This document shows, in pieces, positions 58,801-64,000 of a stretch of 64,000 bases of DNA. Numbering within the stretch: the stretch's first letter is position 1; each line of letters opens with the position of its first letter. The position numbers were made by a program, and so were the translations under genes. Source of the stretch: Leucoraja ocellata. Taxonomy: Eukaryota. The DNA lies in assembly GCA_036785375.1 (NCBI GenBank), contig JAWMAR010000361.1:2232001-2296000 (forward strand). Direction: 5' to 3'. A model generated the notes under the pieces. That model was given only the letters and a program-made list of their open reading frames with translations, was not told where the DNA came from and did no database searches.

Positions 58801-61800
58801 GTGCGCAATTTAGTCATGCAGTGACCATATTTGATGATTGATATGTTGATTAACTAACCTTAATGTTCTGCCTTCAGTGCTACTAGCAGTGTGAATGCTA
58901 TCTAAAGATAGAGTCATAGAGGCAGTGAAAGATACAGCATGGAAACATACACGTGGTCCACTGGTTTGACATTAAACATCGCACACTCATCTTTACACTA
59001 ATCTCATTGTATCTTCCTGCTCTGCTGGAAGTGTGCATATGTGAGCAATGAACACTGGCTACTTTGGAAGCACTGACATCAGTAGTGGTGCCCCCAACAT
59101 TACTTTGTTTAAAGCTTATTAATCAGAACCATAACAATTAAATCTGATCTCTGGATGGCTAAATCACACAAGGATAAGCATGGGCATTCTGGTCATATTT
59201 TGCAATCCAAAAAGCCCTCAGCTCCTATTATCAAAATGTGTAAATATATAAGTCCCCTATACAAGTAAATACTGCTTCTCTCTATCGATGGAACTGCATT
59301 TTGGCAAAGGATCAGCAAAGAAGGAAAGAAAGAAGAACTGTGTTACAATGGTATGGATATTCCAATCTAAGCAAAATACCCTTGAACTTTTTTTAATATC
59401 TTTTCACCTCAACCATTAATTGTTCAGTTTGAAATTTGCTACCGAGTCATCACCTCAGAGGCAACATTGTATTTCAACCAAACTTTCTAATGACTGTTCC
59501 AGTTTGGATTATGTTATTAATTATATCAGCAATCTGCCGTCTGGATTTGATGGAGTTAGTTTATTGATCGTTGCCAATAATCAAATAAATCAGACAGCAA
59601 AGGCACAAACATGCAATTGTCTATTAACATTAAAGTCAGAGTAAGTTGCGGTAAAACTAAAGAAAGCGTTGGCAAGTTATCAATGCTTGGGGCAAATTGA
59701 TTAAAAATGATTTCCGATTAATTCATCTGTCAGTTGATTACAAACTCACAATGTAGATCGACGTCAGTGCTTAATACATGTAGATGACCTGGGAACCTCC
59801 AATCACCTCTTTTTGCAAGAAAAGTATCCAGCAACCAAACACTCCTGGTTTCCTGCTGAAAGATGTTGTCCTTGTCCAAGTGCAAAAGATCAACGGCCAT
59901 ATTCTTTGGATTTAATGAATAGTGGGGCTGGCACTAATCGATGCTGTAATATGTAGCACCAATTCATATCACAGGTTCCTCGTGTTTGATTTATTTACAG
60001 TGGGTGATTCACAATGGGTGTGGTCTAGAACATTATTGCAGCTTCTCTCATCACTATACACTTCTCCTGAAGGATTAAGCTGCGTCAATGCCTTTCTTTG
60101 TGGGCATGCCCAAATACATCGACATCGGACAATAAGCTCTAAAACTACAAATAATATTACAAAAAAAAATAAACATCAAAGACTGAAATTTGGTGACAAA
60201 ATGAGCAAATTATATAAACTTAATTTCCTAAAACCGTCTAATTCCATTGATTTGCTTGTGTGACCTGTATATTATTTTCCATCATTCAGCTCCCATGGGG
60301 ATGTGCGTACAATTGATGATCTCTCAATCTACTAAACAATATTTTCTAGATGCATCAAGTTGTGCATTCGGTTTCTAGTTTTCGACTCTTTGTTCCCAAG
60401 CATGCGACACAGGTCCAACTATACAGGACATATTTGTTAATGGTACATCAGCTTTGATTGTGCTCTATCCACGTGGCCATCATCTCACTCTATAAGCATG
60501 AATGGTTACACAGCATTTGCAATTACTTTTCCCACTAATCAGTCCAAATGGAGACTTTGGTTTGATTGTGCATAAGGCAGTTCTGAGAACTTCTCTTCCC
60601 TTTTGTGACTCTGGTCTCATGGGATATTTCTGCACGAGCAGGTTTTAGCAAACCACCAAATGGTATTTTCTGTAATTGGATTTGGAGGAAGATTTCCAGA
60701 ATTGGAAAAAAAACACAAGAGGGAGAAAAATATATGTAGCTAGTTGATAGTTCTAGCAAGGAGCTGAACTGATGACGAAAGGTGATTCATTCAGGAATTG
60801 AAATGCTGACGCAAAGGTTTCATTTAAAATAAATGGTAATAGCTATAAATGATCACAGGTGAAAGCCGACATAGGGAGTAATGCCCCCAGTTAATGCATA
60901 ACGTAACAAACACATGATTGAATTCTCAGTAGCCCCTCTTTTTGTAATTACAGTAACATATTATACCATTCATAAATAGTATCATTAGGCTCTCTTGTAA
61001 CATAATTAGCACTTTTAATTAGTTATCATTAGCGAAACAAACAAATATGCCGCAGAGCACTTTGCTCATCCTTGCATCGAGGTACGTAAGACATGGGACC
61101 TTATCCATTGCCATTGAATAGACTTCAGATAGAGGTCAATGAAACATGTAAAGGAAGCTAAGGTTTCATATGAAGAACAGCATCATCATGCATTCAACAG
61201 CTTGACGTAGAAATTCAAGGATTTTCTCATTAAGTCAATCTACAATAATATGCAAAGGCACTGGCTTATATGCAAAGGCACTGGCTTATATGCACTGGCT
61301 TAATATGCAAAGGCACAATCCTGCAAATGAATCTTTGTATCTTTGTGGACATTTTGCAAGTTGTGTTTAAATGGACATCAACACCAAAGGCTGTGAAAAT
61401 GTTGAAAATTAAAAGCTGCCAGAGCAGGTAGTTGAGGCGGGGACTACCCCAACGTATAAGAAACAGTTAGACAGGTACATGGATATGATAGGTTTGGATA
61501 GATATGGGCCAAATGTAGGCAGGAGGGACTAGTATAGCTGGGTCATGTTGATTGATTATGGGTATTTGGGCTGAAGGGCCTGTTTCCATACTGTATCACT
61601 CTATGACTATAAAAGAGATGTTTCCTTTCCTCATTATTATCCAGTGAAGAGCGAGATATTAGTGCAGTACAGAGTGTGAACAAGATGCGTTCGTCTATTC
61701 TACAGAAAAAAAACAGTCCTGCCACATACATATGATCATCAGGATGAGCTACCCGAGTATAGTTTCCAAGCATATAAGTGGTAGATATACATAAGGAGAA

Positions 61801-61849
61801 GACTATGCATCATGATAATAAAGGTTTCATTACTATAAATACAGGTTAA

Positions 61850-63280
61850 TACATCGGCATGGTGATAAAGGGGTCTTCTTCAGGTTAGTCAGTTGTGATA
61901 GTGGTCGGTACTTTGGTCCCAACTATTCATAATCAATAGCAAAAATCTAGATGAGAGGACCAAATGTTACATTTCCAAATGTATTGATGATACAAAACCG
62001 GGAGGATTTTGATTAATGAGGAGGATGTAAAGGGGCTTCATGCAGATAGAAACAAGCTGAGTAAGTGGACGAGAACATATCAGATGGAATATAACATGGA
62101 AATACGTGAGGTCACCCACTTTGGGGTTCCTTACCAGAAAAGCAACATTTTGCAAATGTTGATGAATGTGAAAAGCTGATAGTTAAAGAGATCTAGCCAG
62201 CCTTGCACAAAAGTCACTGAAATCCAGCATCCAGTTGTATCAAGAAATGGAGGGACAAATGTTATGTTGTGTAGAACATAGAGTGCTGGAGTAACTCATT
62301 GGGTCAGGCAGCGTCTCTGGAGAACATGGATAGGTGATGTTCCATGTCTTCTCGAGATGCTATCTGACCTGCTGAGTTACTGTCGCACTTTGTATTCCAT
62401 GCAGCATTCCAGCATTTGCAATTCCATGTGTGTCAATGGAATCATCTTGGTTCTTACTGCAAGATGATTTGGGTACAGGAGCTAAGATATCTTAGTGCAA
62501 ATCTATGGTGCCTTACTGGGATGACAGATAGAGTGTTGTGTCGAGATTTGGTCTACTTTCCTAAAAAATGATATCATTGTTTCAGAGGGAGTGCAGCAAA
62601 GATCCACTAGACTGATTCTTTACGAAGAGAGATCGAATATTCTAGACTGTAATCTCTAGAACAAGGGGAAGAGATCTCATTGAAACTTACAACATTGTTA
62701 TAGGGCTGTCTATGGTGTATACAGGGAGGCTGTGTCCCCTAGGGTTGATGGAGGAAGGAATAGACCATGTGTGTCGTGGATGAAGAAACATTTAACACGG
62801 AGGGTTTTGAATCTTTGGAATTTCTACCCCAGCGGGCTAGAGAGGCTACATTGCTGAGTTCATTAAAAGGCGAGGTCAGGAAGTTAAGCGAATCAAGGGG
62901 CCATAAGGTCATAAGTGATAGGAGTAGAATTAGGCCATTCAGCCCATCATGTCTACGCCTTCAATCATGGCTGATCTATCTCTTCCAACCAACCCCATTC
63001 TCCTGCATTCTCCCCATAACCTCTGACACCTGTACTAATCAAAAATCCATCTATCTCTGCCTTGGAAAAATCCACTGACGTGGAATTCTTCGCCACCGCC
63101 TTCTGTAGGAAGGAATTCCAATTCCATCTGTCTAAAGAAGTGGATATTCTAAGGAATGAAAGAAAGAATTAAAGAAAGGTGTGGAGATAGTGCCAGGAAA
63201 TAATGCGAGGTCGATGATCAGCTATGATTTTGATGATTGTTGGAAGAGACTCAAGGAATAGATGTCCTCCTGCTGTAACT
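61850..63280 (+). mobile_element. Very old CR1 remnant with nested Penelope-derived hairpin (about 62278-62430) and minus CR1 tail (about 62905-63120)
   Basis: Decayed RT-region motifs (ccaactattcataatc, gatgatacaaaa, gaggtcacccactttgg, cagagggagtgcagcaaagatccactagactgattc). Confidence 0.6.
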
Positions 63281-63698
63281 ACATGATTATAAAGTCTCGC
63301 AGATGCAAATCAGAGCTAGGAATTGGATCTGGCATTGCCGCAAGGGTTTTGGAGGGGGTTTCACCGGGGGCAACATCTATGAAATTGGGAAGGTGAGTTA
63401 CTGCATGCAAAGTAGTGGTTTAAAAAACGAACATTTTATAAGTTTGGAAACACCATGTGAACTGCCCTCATCAACTTTACAAAGTGATTTTGATTAATGA
63501 AAATTGGTTCAACTGTGAACTTTGCAGACAGCCCTTTATTCACTGTACATCCATTTCAACCAAACATTGACAATTCCCACGTCAAAGTAAAATATTTTCT
63601 GGGTCTATGTAAAACCACCAAAGCTTCCAACAGCTACTTACTCAGTGGTTTCCAGACCAATTACGCATAGGGCCTTCTCCACATGTTCAGTTAATATT

Positions 63699-63988
63699 GG
63701 TGGTGCAGCAGTAGAGTTGCTGCGTTACTGCACCAGAGACCAGGGTTCGATCCTGACCACGGGGGCTGTCTGTACCGAGTTTGTATGTTCTCACTGTGAC
63801 CTGCGTGGGTTTTCTCTGGGATCTCCAGTTTCCTCCCACACTCCAAAGACGTACAGGTTAATTGGCTTGGTATAATTGTAAACTGTCCCTAGTGTGTGTA
63901 GGATGGTGTTACAGTGCGGTGATGACTGGGAAGCACGGACTCGGTCGGCTGAAGGGCCTGTTTCCGCGCTGTATCTCTAAACTAAAAA
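63699..63988 (+). mobile_element. V-SINE/HE1-type SINE, near full length
   Basis: ggtggtgcagcagtagagttgctg...ggttcgatcctgac...gaagggcctgtttccgcgctgtatctctaaactaaa. Confidence 0.9.
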
Positions 63989-64000
63989 AGATAGACTGGA

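Noticed and set aside
61248-61315. Short tandem duplication (tatgcaaaggcactggcttata)
   Set aside because: Ordinary slippage repeat; similar local duplications at 37702-37749 and 45896-45935
63303-63392. Possible extra exon (cgcag acceptor, AAG|gtgagt donor)
   Set aside because: No polypyrimidine tract, abuts a decayed CR1 tail, has a stop in the frame continuing from exon 3, and shows no resemblance to the recalled next SHISA6 exon

Overview
This is a vertebrate genomic window. The repeat content (V-SINE/HE1-type SINEs, CR1 LINEs with (TTTCTATG)n tails, Rex1, Penelope) points to a cartilaginous fish, probably a skate or ray; this is inference. The window lies inside the AMPA-receptor auxiliary subunit gene SHISA6 (CKAMP52) on the + strand. 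Two internal coding exons are visible (11170-11327 and 55771-55881), separated by a 44.4 kb intron; the gene was recognised from remembered mammalian protein sequence, not from a search. The rest is intronic. It holds a 5'-truncated CR1 with an open 1000-codon ORF2, many CR1 and Rex1 3' fragments, V-SINEs, non-autonomous Helitrons, PIF/Harbinger-type MITEs, a decayed retroviral gag, and repeat-poor blocks that look like conserved enhancers. The most striking system is a family of about 20 short Penelope-derived insertions. They carry minimal hammerhead-ribozyme motifs (CTGAAGA..GAAACGTC), often form hairpins, and are flanked by 11-15 bp target-site duplications. There is one 540-N assembly gap. 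No CRISPR array or prokaryotic system is supported. Repeat boundaries were read by eye and are approximate unless a TSD or terminus is quoted.
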